From positions 1,364,432 through 1,396,431 of the forward strand of contig NZ_CP011402.1 in assembly GCF_001643775.1 (NCBI RefSeq): a stretch of 32,000 nucleotides of DNA. Reading direction: 5' to 3'. The number at the start of each line of letters is the position of its first letter. Within the stretch, counting starts at the first letter, position 1. Positions 6,889 through 14,581 of the stretch are shown here, piece by piece. The DNA comes from Denitrobacterium detoxificans (GTDB lineage Bacteria > Actinomycetota > Coriobacteriia > Coriobacteriales > Eggerthellaceae). A program made the translations under genes and the position numbers. The notes under the pieces are model-generated. The model ran no database searches. It had not been told where the DNA came from and worked only from the letters and a program-made list of their open reading frames with translations.

Positions 6889-6890
6889 AT
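6855..6890 (+). repeat. Array repeat 5, degenerate terminal repeat
   Basis: 33/36 identical (C13T, G27C, C36T). Decay at the 3' end is as expected for a leader-distal terminal repeat. Confidence 0.9.
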
Positions 6891-6949
6891 ACCCTCCTCG
6901 ACCTTACATACGCACTTCCCTACGGAAAGACCCTGGGCGCTGAAGCCCG

Positions 6950-7225
6950 TCATGTGGGGCGATATGGCCTAACGCCAAAGTCAACCTCGATGATGCGCCC
7001 GCAATATCTGGGCTTGGCGGGAGCAGGAATCGGACCGGGCTCGCGCTGCCCCATCTCGGCAGCCTTCGGAGCAATCACCGTCTGGAACCAGCCGCAACAT
7101 CCGCAGTGCCACACTGCCCCATCCCACGTAAGTTCCAACGGCCTAAGCTCGAGGCGGTGCCCACATCTGGGACACATGTGCGGCTGTCTCGATATCGCCT
7201 TGAAATAGGGGCTCAGCTCCAGCAT
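6950..7225 (-). CDS. Zinc-ribbon protein (91 aa)
   Basis: ATG at 7225 preceded by GGGAGGTG. Has CPRCG...CGCCG cysteine pairs. The ORF-track version (to 7483) lacks an SD at its start. Confidence 0.55.
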   Translation of the reverse strand: MLELSPYFKAISRQPHMCPRCGHRLELRPLELTWDGAVWHCGCCGWFQTVIAPKAAEMGQREPGPIPAPAKPRYCGRIIEVDFGVRPYRPT

Positions 7226-7633
7226 ACGCCCACCTCCCACTCGTTTGATTGTCAGCCAAAATGACTCCGTTGAATACAAATGGCCCGAATCGTCAATATC
7301 GAAAGCCGCCCTTACTTCTGCATCTTCAGAAGGTCCTTCAGGATCATTAACGGAGTCGCAAGAATAAGCAGAATCGCATACCCTGCAAAGGAAGGGTCGC
7401 CCGACCCACCAAAAAAGACATTCCCTTTGCCAAGCCTTCGTTTGCGTGAACGATTCAAACCAAAAGATGGTCGTTATGAGCATCGTAGCCCAGACAACTC
7501 ATTCACGCGTCCATCATGTAGGACACGCAAACAGCCAAATGCAAATACACTTTTCATCAGGAAGGATGCAATTTCAAACGAAGGGCAATGGCCCTAGCAC
7601 TGCCGCGCAACGAGGAACGGGAGGGAAACGATA

Positions 7634-7699
7634 ATGGCAATATTCGCACTACTTACTGCGCCAGCAATGATCATCTCGGTGTTTGCGTTATGCGCCTAG
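7634..7699 (+). CDS. Candidate 21-aa hydrophobic micropeptide (MAIFALLTAPAMIISVFALCA)
   Basis: Not in the ORF track (too short). ATG preceded by GGGAGGG at 8-nt spacing. Composition fits a single TM helix. Confidence 0.3.
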   Translation: MAIFALLTAPAMIISVFALCA

Positions 7700-7756
7700 C
7701 AGAACTCATGGGTCGAGCCAACCAACCCAGGAAGCAAACCCCACGTCAATAGCGTA

Positions 7757-7785
7757 TTGACACCTCAACCATCGCATTATATTCT
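7757..7785 (+). promoter_or_regulatory. Candidate sigma-70-type promoter (TTGACA-17 nt-TATTCT)
   Basis: Consensus -35 at 7757-7762 and a -10-like hexamer at 7780-7785, about 50 nt upstream of the membrane-protein gene. Confidence 0.35.
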
Positions 7786-7836
7786 AATCATGTGTTTTTT
7801 GCGTTTATTTGGGGTACAAGGAAGGTAGGTAGCGAA

Positions 7837-8280
7837 ATGGAACGCAGTGGAAGTCAGAAGGTGTTGTTGGTACTGTCCATCATCGAGATTATAGGCGCCG
7901 CGTTGTCCCTTATTACGGGCATCCTGTTCTTCGTAGGTGCAGGCGCGGTGCTATCCGATGCAAGCGTCGTCGCGGGAACAGGCGCCACTCAGGGCCAAGC
8001 AGCCGGTATTTTCGTAATCCTATCGTGTATTCTCATTGTCGAGGGTATCTGGAGCCTCCTGTGCGGCATCTTCGGCGTTCGCGCCGCCAACGATAACCAG
8101 AAGATCATGATCGTTTGGGTCTTCTGCCTCATTGGCGTGATCATGGCAATCATTGGCATCATCGCAGCCATCGTAAACGGCCAGTTCGGCAGCCAAGTTT
8201 GGTCGCTCGTTTGCTCGCTGGCAGTCTCGGGCATCATGTTCTTCATCGCCAACAACATCAAGAAGGAAGCCGGCAAGTAA
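7837..8280 (+). CDS. Hypothetical integral membrane protein (147 aa, about 4 TM helices)
   Basis: ATG at 7837 preceded by GGAAGGTAGG. Four long hydrophobic segments. Followed by a hairpin plus T-run. Confidence 0.75.
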   Translation: MERSGSQKVLLVLSIIEIIGAALSLITGILFFVGAGAVLSDASVVAGTGATQGQAAGIFVILSCILIVEGIWSLLCGIFGVRAANDNQKIMIVWVFCLIGVIMAIIGIIAAIVNGQFGSQVWSLVCSLAVSGIMFFIANNIKKEAGK

Positions 8281-8305
8281 GACTAACCACTTACACAGGC
8301 ATCAT

Positions 8306-8360
8306 CCAGCACCCTGCCTTCGTCGAATCCGACAGCCAGAAGGGAGGGTGCTGGTTTTTA
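8306..8360 (+). terminator. Intrinsic terminator-like hairpin
   Basis: CCAGCACCCT (8306-8315) pairs with AGGGTGCTGG (8345-8354), followed by TTTTTAT. The loop is long (29 nt). Confidence 0.5.
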
Positions 8361-8398
8361 TCACCCACACTAGGGCAAACAAGTCGAAAGGATGACCC

Positions 8399-9079
8399 AT
8401 GAATTACGAGATCGTTGGAGAACCGTATCCGGCAGTCGTATGCCATCTGCAGCGCGGAGAGCAAATGAAAACTGAAAAGGGCTCCATGGTGTGGATGGAC
8501 CCCGTCATGAAGATGGAAACCAACACCGGGGGTGGAGGAATCGGCAAGATGTTCGGACGCATGCTATCAGGTGAGAGCATGTTCCAAAACGTCTACACGG
8601 CGGAAAGCGACGGTATGATCGCGTTCGGATCGAGCTTCCCCGGCCAGATCCTTCCCATCGAGATTCAACCTGGTCAGGATTTCATCGCGCAGAAGATGGC
8701 GTTTCTGGCATCCGAGATGGGCGTAACGCTCGACACGTTCTTCAACCAGAAGCTCAGTGGCGGCTTCTTCGGCGGCGAAGGCTTCATCATGCAGCGCCTG
8801 AGCGGCCAGGGCATGGTATTCCTCGAGTGCGACGGATCGCTCGTTCGCTACGAGCTTGCCGCCGGCCAATCCATGGTAGTCGACACGGGCAACGTACTCG
8901 GATTCACGGGCGGCGTAAATCTACGCGTAGAGAGAATTCAAGGCGCAAAGAACGTCATGTTCGGCGGCGAAGGCCTCTTCAACACGGTGCTCACCGGCCC
9001 GGGCACGGTCTACCTGCAAACGATGCCGCTCGCCAACCTCGTCGACGTGATTGCGGCCCATATGCCTAAGACAGACTAA
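8399..9079 (+). CDS. TIGR00266/AIM24 (DUF124) family protein
   Basis: 226 aa with the characteristic family sequence (MNYEI.G..Y..v...L..GE....E.GSMVWMD...GGFFGGEGF..Q.L.G.G.VFL...G). Confidence 0.9.
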   Translation: MNYEIVGEPYPAVVCHLQRGEQMKTEKGSMVWMDPVMKMETNTGGGGIGKMFGRMLSGESMFQNVYTAESDGMIAFGSSFPGQILPIEIQPGQDFIAQKMAFLASEMGVTLDTFFNQKLSGGFFGGEGFIMQRLSGQGMVFLECDGSLVRYELAAGQSMVVDTGNVLGFTGGVNLRVERIQGAKNVMFGGEGLFNTVLTGPGTVYLQTMPLANLVDVIAAHMPKTD

Positions 9080-9153
9080 ATCGAAGCGCTCTGAACAAGC
9101 GTAGACAAGCATTATCACGCAACGCGAGCACGAAACTCGCCCAAACAAGCAGG

Positions 9154-9196
9154 GCCAGCTAGCAACCAAGCATCGTAAGGGGTTCGGCTAGCTGGC
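9154..9196. terminator. Hairpin between convergent genes
   Basis: GCCAGCTAGC (9154-9163) pairs with GCTAGCTGGC (9187-9196), followed by TTTGTTCTG. Lies between the TIGR00266 gene and the radical SAM gene. Confidence 0.4.
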
Positions 9197-9210
9197 TTTG
9201 TTCTGCCCGC

Positions 9211-10041
9211 CTATACATTACCCAATAGGACCGTATGCAAGTGACGCTCGGCTACGCTGGCCAGCTCATGCAGCGTAGCGATGGGCGTAGGAGGCACATC
9301 ACTCATACGGTGCTGCGGGAAGAAACGCGTAAGATGGTACGGGATGGCGGGGTCGAGCGATGCAAGCCACTGCGCCATTTCCTCTATCTGTTCTGCATCA
9401 TCGGAAAGCCCAGGCACTACGAGCGTAGTTACCTCCAGATGGCACGTAGGCAATGCGGCCAGCAACTCAATCGTACGCTTCACCGTACCCAAATCGCCAC
9501 TGAGCTTGCGGTAACCCTCCGCAGTAAAGCATTTCAAGTCGATGTTGGCAGCATCCACGAAGGGGGCAATCTGCTCCACCACCTGCTCGCTCGCGAACCC
9601 ATTGGAAACGAGTACGTTCACCAATCCCGCTTCGTGCGCCAACGCGGCCGTATCGCGCAGGAACTCCCACGTCACAAGCGGCTCGTTATACGTGTACGCA
9701 ACACCAACGCACCCGCGATCGCGCAGGCCGCACGCAGCGTGCACAACCTCTTCGGGCGTTACCTCGCGCCAAGGCACCCCAGTCGCATCCACTTGCGCAA
9801 TCGAGGCGTTCTGGCAAAACGGGCAATGCATGTTGCAGCCGTAGCTGCCCAGGGAAAGCACGGTACTCCCCTGTTTCCAGTGGGCAATCGGCTTCTTCTC
9901 GATAGGGTCGAGCGCCAGCGACGTAATGCGCCCGTACCCTTCGGGCGCCACCACGCCATCGATGCAGCGACGAGAACGACATGCCCCCAGCGCACCCTCG
10001 GCAAGGGAACACGCATGGGGGCATGTCGAGCATATTGTCAC
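9211..10041 (-). CDS. AmmeMemoRadiSam system radical SAM enzyme (AmrS-like)
   Basis: 276 aa. N-terminal Cys cluster (CSTCPHAC...GAC), DPIEKKP motif, and radical SAM CNMHCPFCQN (CxxxCxxC). Confidence 0.85.
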   Translation of the reverse strand: MTICSTCPHACSLAEGALGACRSRRCIDGVVAPEGYGRITSLALDPIEKKPIAHWKQGSTVLSLGSYGCNMHCPFCQNASIAQVDATGVPWREVTPEEVVHAACGLRDRGCVGVAYTYNEPLVTWEFLRDTAALAHEAGLVNVLVSNGFASEQVVEQIAPFVDAANIDLKCFTAEGYRKLSGDLGTVKRTIELLAALPTCHLEVTTLVVPGLSDDAEQIEEMAQWLASLDPAIPYHLTRFFPQHRMSDVPPTPIATLHELASVAERHLHTVLLGNV

Positions 10042-10047
10042 GGCTAG

Positions 10048-11727
10048 TTAGTCACGCGTGAGCTTACGATGCAGGCGATGCGGCTTGGCGGCTTCGGGCC
10101 CCAAGCGACGAACACGGTCTTCCTGGTAGCCTTCGAAGTTGCCCTCGTACCAGTACCATGCACCCGGATTCTCGTCGGTACCTTCCCAAGCCAGAATATG
10201 CGTGGCAACACGGTCGAGGAAGAAGCGGTCGTGGCTGGTGATGACAGCGCAGCCGCTGAACTCGTTCAGCGCCTCTTCCAGGCTGGAAAGCGATTCGGTG
10301 TCCAGGTCGTTCGTGGGCTCGTCGAGCAGCAGCAGGTTGCCGCCCTGCTTCAAGGTAAGAGCCAGGTTCAAGCGGTTGCGCTCGCCACCGGAAAGCACGC
10401 CTGCGGGCTTCTGCTGGTCGCTGCCCTTGAAGCCATACGCCGCCACATATGCGCGCGAAGGCACCTCGGTGCCAGCTACGTTCATGTAGTCCAGACCATC
10501 CGACACGACTTCCCAGACCTTCTTATTGGGATCGATGCCGGCACGGTTCTGATCGACATAGGAAAGCTGAACGGTAGAGCCCAGCTCGAGCGTGCCGCTC
10601 GTGGGAGCCTCCTCGCCCACGATCATGCGGAAGAGCGTCGTCTTGCCCACGCCATTCGGGCCGATGACGCCCACGATGCCATTGCGCGGCAGGCTGAACG
10701 ACAGGTCATCGATGAGCACGCGGTCGCCGAATTCCTTGTGCAGATGCTCGGCTTCCAGCACCTTGTTGCCCAAGCGCGGACCAGCAGGAATGTGAATCTC
10801 GGTGAAGTCGACATTCTTGCGCGCAGCGGATTCGGCCACCATCTTCTCGTAGGCCGCCAAACGCGCCTTGCCCTTGGCCTGACGGGCCTTCGCGCCACTG
10901 CGCACCCATTCCAGCTCGGCCTTCATCTTCTTGGCGCGCTTCTTGTCCTGTGCACCCTCGAGCTCCAAACGCGCAGCCTTGGTTTCCAGATACGTGGAGT
11001 AATTGCCCTTGTAGGGATACAGCGTGCCGCGGTCGACCTCGCAAATCCACTCGGCTACATGGTCGAGGAAGTAACGGTCGTGCGTGACGGCCAAGACGGC
11101 ACCGGGATACTTCGCCAGGAACTGTTCGAGCCACAGAACCGATTCGGCATCCAGGTGGTTGGTGGGTTCGTCGAGCAGAAGCAGGTCGGGAGATTCCAGC
11201 AGCAAGCGGCACAGGGCCACGCGACGACGCTCGCCACCCGAAAGCACCTTCACAGGAGCGTCGGGGTCGGGGCACTGCAGCGCATCCATAGCCTGCGAAA
11301 GCTGCGAATCCAGATCCCAACCATTAACGGCATCGATGGCGTCCTGAAGCTTGCCCATTTCCGCCATGAGCGCATCGAAATCGGCATCGGGCATGGCCAT
11401 TTCCGCCGAAATCTCGTTGAAGCGCGCCACATTGGCAAGCGTTTCGGCAAAGGCCTGCTCGACGTTCTCGCGAACTGTCTTGTCATCATCGAGCGCGGGA
11501 TCCTGCTGAAGCAGACCCACGGTGTAGCCAGGCGTAAGGCGTGCCTCGCCGTTGCTGACCTCTTCCAGGCCCGCCATGATCTTCAGCAGCGTGGACTTGC
11601 CCATGCCGTTCGGACCAACGACGCCAATCTTCGCGCCAGGATAGAACGCAAGCGTAACGTCGTCCAAGATGACCTTGTCGCCATGCGCCTTGCGCGCCTT
11701 TTCCAGCGTGTAAATGAATTCAGCCAC
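10048..11727 (-). CDS. ettA: ABC-F ATPase, energy-dependent translational throttle EttA
   Basis: Two ABC cassettes (GPNGMGKST, GPNGVGKTT, two LSGGE signatures). EttA-type N-terminus (M)AEFIYTLEKARKAHG from GTG at 11725-11727, preceded by GGAGG-5 nt. The 823-aa ORF-track version is an upstream run-on. Confidence 0.93.
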   Translation of the reverse strand: MAEFIYTLEKARKAHGDKVILDDVTLAFYPGAKIGVVGPNGMGKSTLLKIMAGLEEVSNGEARLTPGYTVGLLQQDPALDDDKTVRENVEQAFAETLANVARFNEISAEMAMPDADFDALMAEMGKLQDAIDAVNGWDLDSQLSQAMDALQCPDPDAPVKVLSGGERRRVALCRLLLESPDLLLLDEPTNHLDAESVLWLEQFLAKYPGAVLAVTHDRYFLDHVAEWICEVDRGTLYPYKGNYSTYLETKAARLELEGAQDKKRAKKMKAELEWVRSGAKARQAKGKARLAAYEKMVAESAARKNVDFTEIHIPAGPRLGNKVLEAEHLHKEFGDRVLIDDLSFSLPRNGIVGVIGPNGVGKTTLFRMIVGEEAPTSGTLELGSTVQLSYVDQNRAGIDPNKKVWEVVSDGLDYMNVAGTEVPSRAYVAAYGFKGSDQQKPAGVLSGGERNRLNLALTLKQGGNLLLLDEPTNDLDTESLSSLEEALNEFSGCAVITSHDRFFLDRVATHILAWEGTDENPGAWYWYEGNFEGYQEDRVRRLGPEAAKPHRLHRKLTRD

Positions 11728-11814
11728 GAAAACCTCCGTGCTAATAGAGCGGTATTGCGTTAATTTGTTTATTGTACAAGACGAATGTCGAATTCGCTTG
11801 AAACGGAGGCGCTT

Positions 11815-13236
11815 ATGTCGATCGTTGGAGCAATTGTCGTACCGCATCCGCCACTTATCGTTCCCGCCGTTGGGCGCGGCGAGGAGCAACGCATCGGCGA
11901 AACCATTGACGCATATAAGCGCGCAACAAAATGGCTGCTCAGCCAGCAGCCCGATTGCCTGGTTATCACCTCGCCGCACGCGCCGCTGTTTCGCGACGCG
12001 TTTCACGTAACCACCGATGACGTCCTCGAGGGAAGCATGGCCCAATTCCGCGCGCCGCAAGAGCACATGAGCGCGGAATGCAATACCGAACTGGCGCGAG
12101 AAATCATCAGCAGGGCAAACGATGCAGGAATCCCAGCCATTGGCAGCGAGCGCTATCGCGACGACATGGATCACGCCACCTACGTGCCGCTCTACTTCGT
12201 GCGCGAAGCCGCCGGCGGCATGCTTCCCTGCCCCATCGTTCGCATTGGGCTTTCCGGCATGCCGTACGACACGCACCGCCAATTGGGGCGCATCATCGCA
12301 CAAGCGGCAAGCGCGCAGGGCATCAAAGTAGGATTCATTGCCAGCGGAGACCTTTCGCACAAGCTGAAACCCGACGGTCCCTATGGTTTCGCACTCGAAG
12401 GCCCTGTATTCGACGAGCGCATTGGCGAGATATTCGCATCGGGTAACCTCGATGGCCTCTTCGAGCTCGACGAGGCATTCTGCGAAGCTGCCGCCGAATG
12501 CGGACTCCGATCGTTCCAAATCATGGCGGGCGCCCTAGACGGCCTGAGCGTGCATACGGAATTGCTCTCGAACGAAGGGCCGTTTGGCGTAGGCTACGGA
12601 GTAGCCATCTGCAAATGCGAAAGCACGACAAATTGCGACGCCCATGCAGGTAAACGCGATGCGGACAACGACCACCTTCACAGTGCCAATCCGCCCACCG
12701 AGGCCGACCCAATCGTACGCCTTGCGCGCCTAACGGTCGAAACGTTCACGCGCACGGGCCGCGCGCCCAATCTACCTGACGATCTGCCGCAAGAGCTCCT
12801 GGAACGGAAGGCGGGCGTATTCGTAACGATTCACAAGCGGGGCGCTTTACGCGGCTGCATAGGCACCATCTCACCCACATGCAGCAACATTGCGGAGGAA
12901 GTCATACAGAACGGGATTAGCTCCAGCAGTCGTGACCCACGCTTCCCAGCCATACGCGAGGAGGAACTCGATTACCTGGAGTATTCGGTCGACGTATTGG
13001 GCGAAGCAGAGCCCATCGACTCGCCCGAACAGCTTGACCCGAAGCGCTACGGCGTCATCGTTGCGAAACGTTGGCAACGCGGGCTACTGCTCCCGAACCT
13101 CGAGGGCGTAGAGACGATTGAGTCTCAGGTCTCGATCGCCAAGCAAAAAGCGGGCATAGACCCAGCAGACAACGACGTTGAACTTGCGCGCTTCGAAGTC
13201 GTGCGCCATTCCGCCGGCGGAGAGGCACGCAGATAA
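11815..13236 (+). CDS. Fusion protein: class III extradiol dioxygenase/Memo-like (LigB superfamily) domain plus AMMECR1 domain (AmmeMemoRadiSam system protein A-like)
   Basis: ATG at 11815 preceded by GGAGG-5 nt. N-terminal half has VPHPPLIVP...GDLSH (LigB/Memo-like). C-terminal half has the AMMECR1 signature ...GALRGCIGT...RDPRFP. Confidence 0.85.
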   Translation: MSIVGAIVVPHPPLIVPAVGRGEEQRIGETIDAYKRATKWLLSQQPDCLVITSPHAPLFRDAFHVTTDDVLEGSMAQFRAPQEHMSAECNTELAREIISRANDAGIPAIGSERYRDDMDHATYVPLYFVREAAGGMLPCPIVRIGLSGMPYDTHRQLGRIIAQAASAQGIKVGFIASGDLSHKLKPDGPYGFALEGPVFDERIGEIFASGNLDGLFELDEAFCEAAAECGLRSFQIMAGALDGLSVHTELLSNEGPFGVGYGVAICKCESTTNCDAHAGKRDADNDHLHSANPPTEADPIVRLARLTVETFTRTGRAPNLPDDLPQELLERKAGVFVTIHKRGALRGCIGTISPTCSNIAEEVIQNGISSSSRDPRFPAIREEELDYLEYSVDVLGEAEPIDSPEQLDPKRYGVIVAKRWQRGLLLPNLEGVETIESQVSIAKQKAGIDPADNDVELARFEVVRHSAGGEARR

Positions 13237-13450
13237 TTCGACGCACCAGACATCATCGCCGAACGCATCCACGCGCAACACACGTACGTCCACTACCACG
13301 CACCGTTCGCGGGTTGAAAGGCTAACGAGCGAAACGAAACGCTACCAATCGAGCCCAACGAGAAGCTATAATCCAGCACTAGAGAGGCGCGGAACGGACG
13401 CGCGCAATGCCCGGAGGCGCAAGCCTTCGAAAACGAGGGAGGCGGTCGCA

Positions 13451-13648
13451 ATGTGCTTTAGGCCATCACCTGTATCCAGCTCAAACGACAACATCAACCA
13501 GGGAACATGCCCTACATGCGGAATGCCCGTCGCCGCAGAAGCGGGCACCACAAGCGGAACGTGCCCCTATTGCGGAGAACCCATTCCCCCCAATGATTCC
13601 GGCCAGGGCGGAATTTCCGATGATCCGAAGAACGTGCGCATCTTGTAG
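13451..13648 (+). CDS. Small zinc-ribbon protein (65 aa)
   Basis: GGGAGG-8 nt-ATG. Has CPTCG...CPYCG. A TATAAT hexamer sits at 13364-13369. The gene is followed by the terminator that the IS3 element split. Confidence 0.4.
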   Translation: MCFRPSPVSSSNDNINQGTCPTCGMPVAAEAGTTSGTCPYCGEPIPPNDSGQGGISDDPKNVRIL

Positions 13649-13723
13649 CCGTTCGACACGCAGCGAAAGGGCAGCCAGGGACGATGAACTGCGCCCCAAA
13701 ACTTGGACGCGATAAATAAGAAC

Positions 13724-14581
13724 CTAGGCGGCTTGGGACTGGCTCCGGAACTCCTCCGGGGTCAGTCCCTTTAGTTTAACTTGCCTCCTCTGCGTGTTCC
13801 AGTACTCGATGTATCCCTCAAGCTCCCTCTTGAACGTCTCGAAGTCGGGGAACTTTCTGCCTCGGAAGAACTCGTCTTTCAAATGGCCGAACACCTGCTC
13901 GGTCGCGCCGTTGTCGATGCAGTTGCCCTTACGTGACATGCTCTGCACGATGCCTGCCTCCTCGAGCCTTCCGCAATACCCTATGTGCTGGTACTGCCAG
14001 CCCATGTCCGACTGCATGACCGGGTGAGCACCGTCCGGAATCTTCGGGATGAGCATGTCGAGCATCTCCTTCTGCTGCGACATGTCCGGGTGCTGGGATA
14101 TGGACCACGCCGCGATCTCCTTGCTGCCGAAGTCGTAGACGGGCGCGAAGTACGCCTTGCCCCATTCCTGCTTGAACTCGGTGACGTCGGTGCCAAGCTT
14201 CTGCCACGGCCCATCTGCCTCGAAGTCGCGCCCCAGCACGTTCTCGAAGGTCTTGCCGACCACGCCCTTGTAGGAATTGTACTTGTGGTAGTCCGTCTCC
14301 CGGCGTATGCCGCAGCTTATTCCTATCTCGTGCATCATCTTGAGCACGGTCTTGTCGGCGATCGTCGCCCCTTCCTCGGCGCGCAGGCACATGGCTATCT
14401 GGCGATGGCCGCAGCCGTTTGGCGAGCGCGAGAAGATCTCGATCGCCTTGCCCCAAAGCTCCGGCCTGGTCGGCGCCTTGGCCGGCTTCGACTTGTTGTA
14501 GTGGTAAGTCGATGCTGGAACGCCCGACACGGCCAGTAGGTCCGCAAGCGCGTGCCCCTGCCCCGAAAGCTCCCTGATCAC
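13724..14581 (-). CDS. IS3 family transposase OrfB (DDE integrase core), expressed as an OrfAB fusion by -1 frameshifting
   Basis: 285-aa rve-type catalytic domain (...WQKLGTDVTEF...SDMGWQY...GNCIDNGATE). The orfB frame is open upstream to the A7 slippery run. Confidence 0.9.
   Translation of the reverse strand: MIRELSGQGHALADLLAVSGVPASTYHYNKSKPAKAPTRPELWGKAIEIFSRSPNGCGHRQIAMCLRAEEGATIADKTVLKMMHEIGISCGIRRETDYHKYNSYKGVVGKTFENVLGRDFEADGPWQKLGTDVTEFKQEWGKAYFAPVYDFGSKEIAAWSISQHPDMSQQKEMLDMLIPKIPDGAHPVMQSDMGWQYQHIGYCGRLEEAGIVQSMSRKGNCIDNGATEQVFGHLKDEFFRGRKFPDFETFKRELEGYIEYWNTQRRQVKLKGLTPEEFRSQSQAA

Larger units (their letters stand above)
5323..6890 (+). CRISPR. Atypical CRISPR-like array: five direct 36-nt type II-like repeats separated by 362, 352, 254 and 420 bp
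   Basis: GTTTTGGAGCAGCGTCATTCTGACTGGTAATCAAAC occurs exactly three times (5323, 5721, 6109), once with 1 mismatch (6399) and once with 3 mismatches (6855). It resembles the GTTTTAGAGC...AAAAC type II-A repeats. A complementary tracrRNA-like gene lies 480 bp upstream. No cas genes in the window. Confidence 0.7.

Noticed and set aside
5323-6890. Integron-like cassette array, with the repeats acting as attC sites
   Set aside because: The 36-mer lacks the extended imperfect palindrome of attC sites. No integrase or attI is nearby, gene orientations are mixed, and several units hold truncated pseudogenes. It is kept only as a loose analogy inside the main finding.
5721-6890. Repeat-encoded peptide (L/M)ITSQNDAAPK as a shared N-terminal module of cassette proteins
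   Set aside because: The frame continues into a long ORF only after repeats 2 and 5. After repeats 1 and 4 it closes within 4-13 codons, and after repeat 3 the open frame is antisense to the peptidase fragment. Only repeat 5 has an SD.
6950-7483. 177-aa version of the zinc-ribbon ORF
   Set aside because: There is no SD at 7483, whereas the internal ATG at 7225 has GGGAGGTG. The upstream part may be a remnant of another gene, so the shorter model is used.
10048-12519. 823-aa ORF suggesting a giant ABC-F protein
   Set aside because: The upstream ~260 codons are a GC-driven run-on that overlaps the opposite-strand Memo/AMMECR1 gene. An EttA-type N-terminus with GGAGG-5 nt-GTG is found at 11727.
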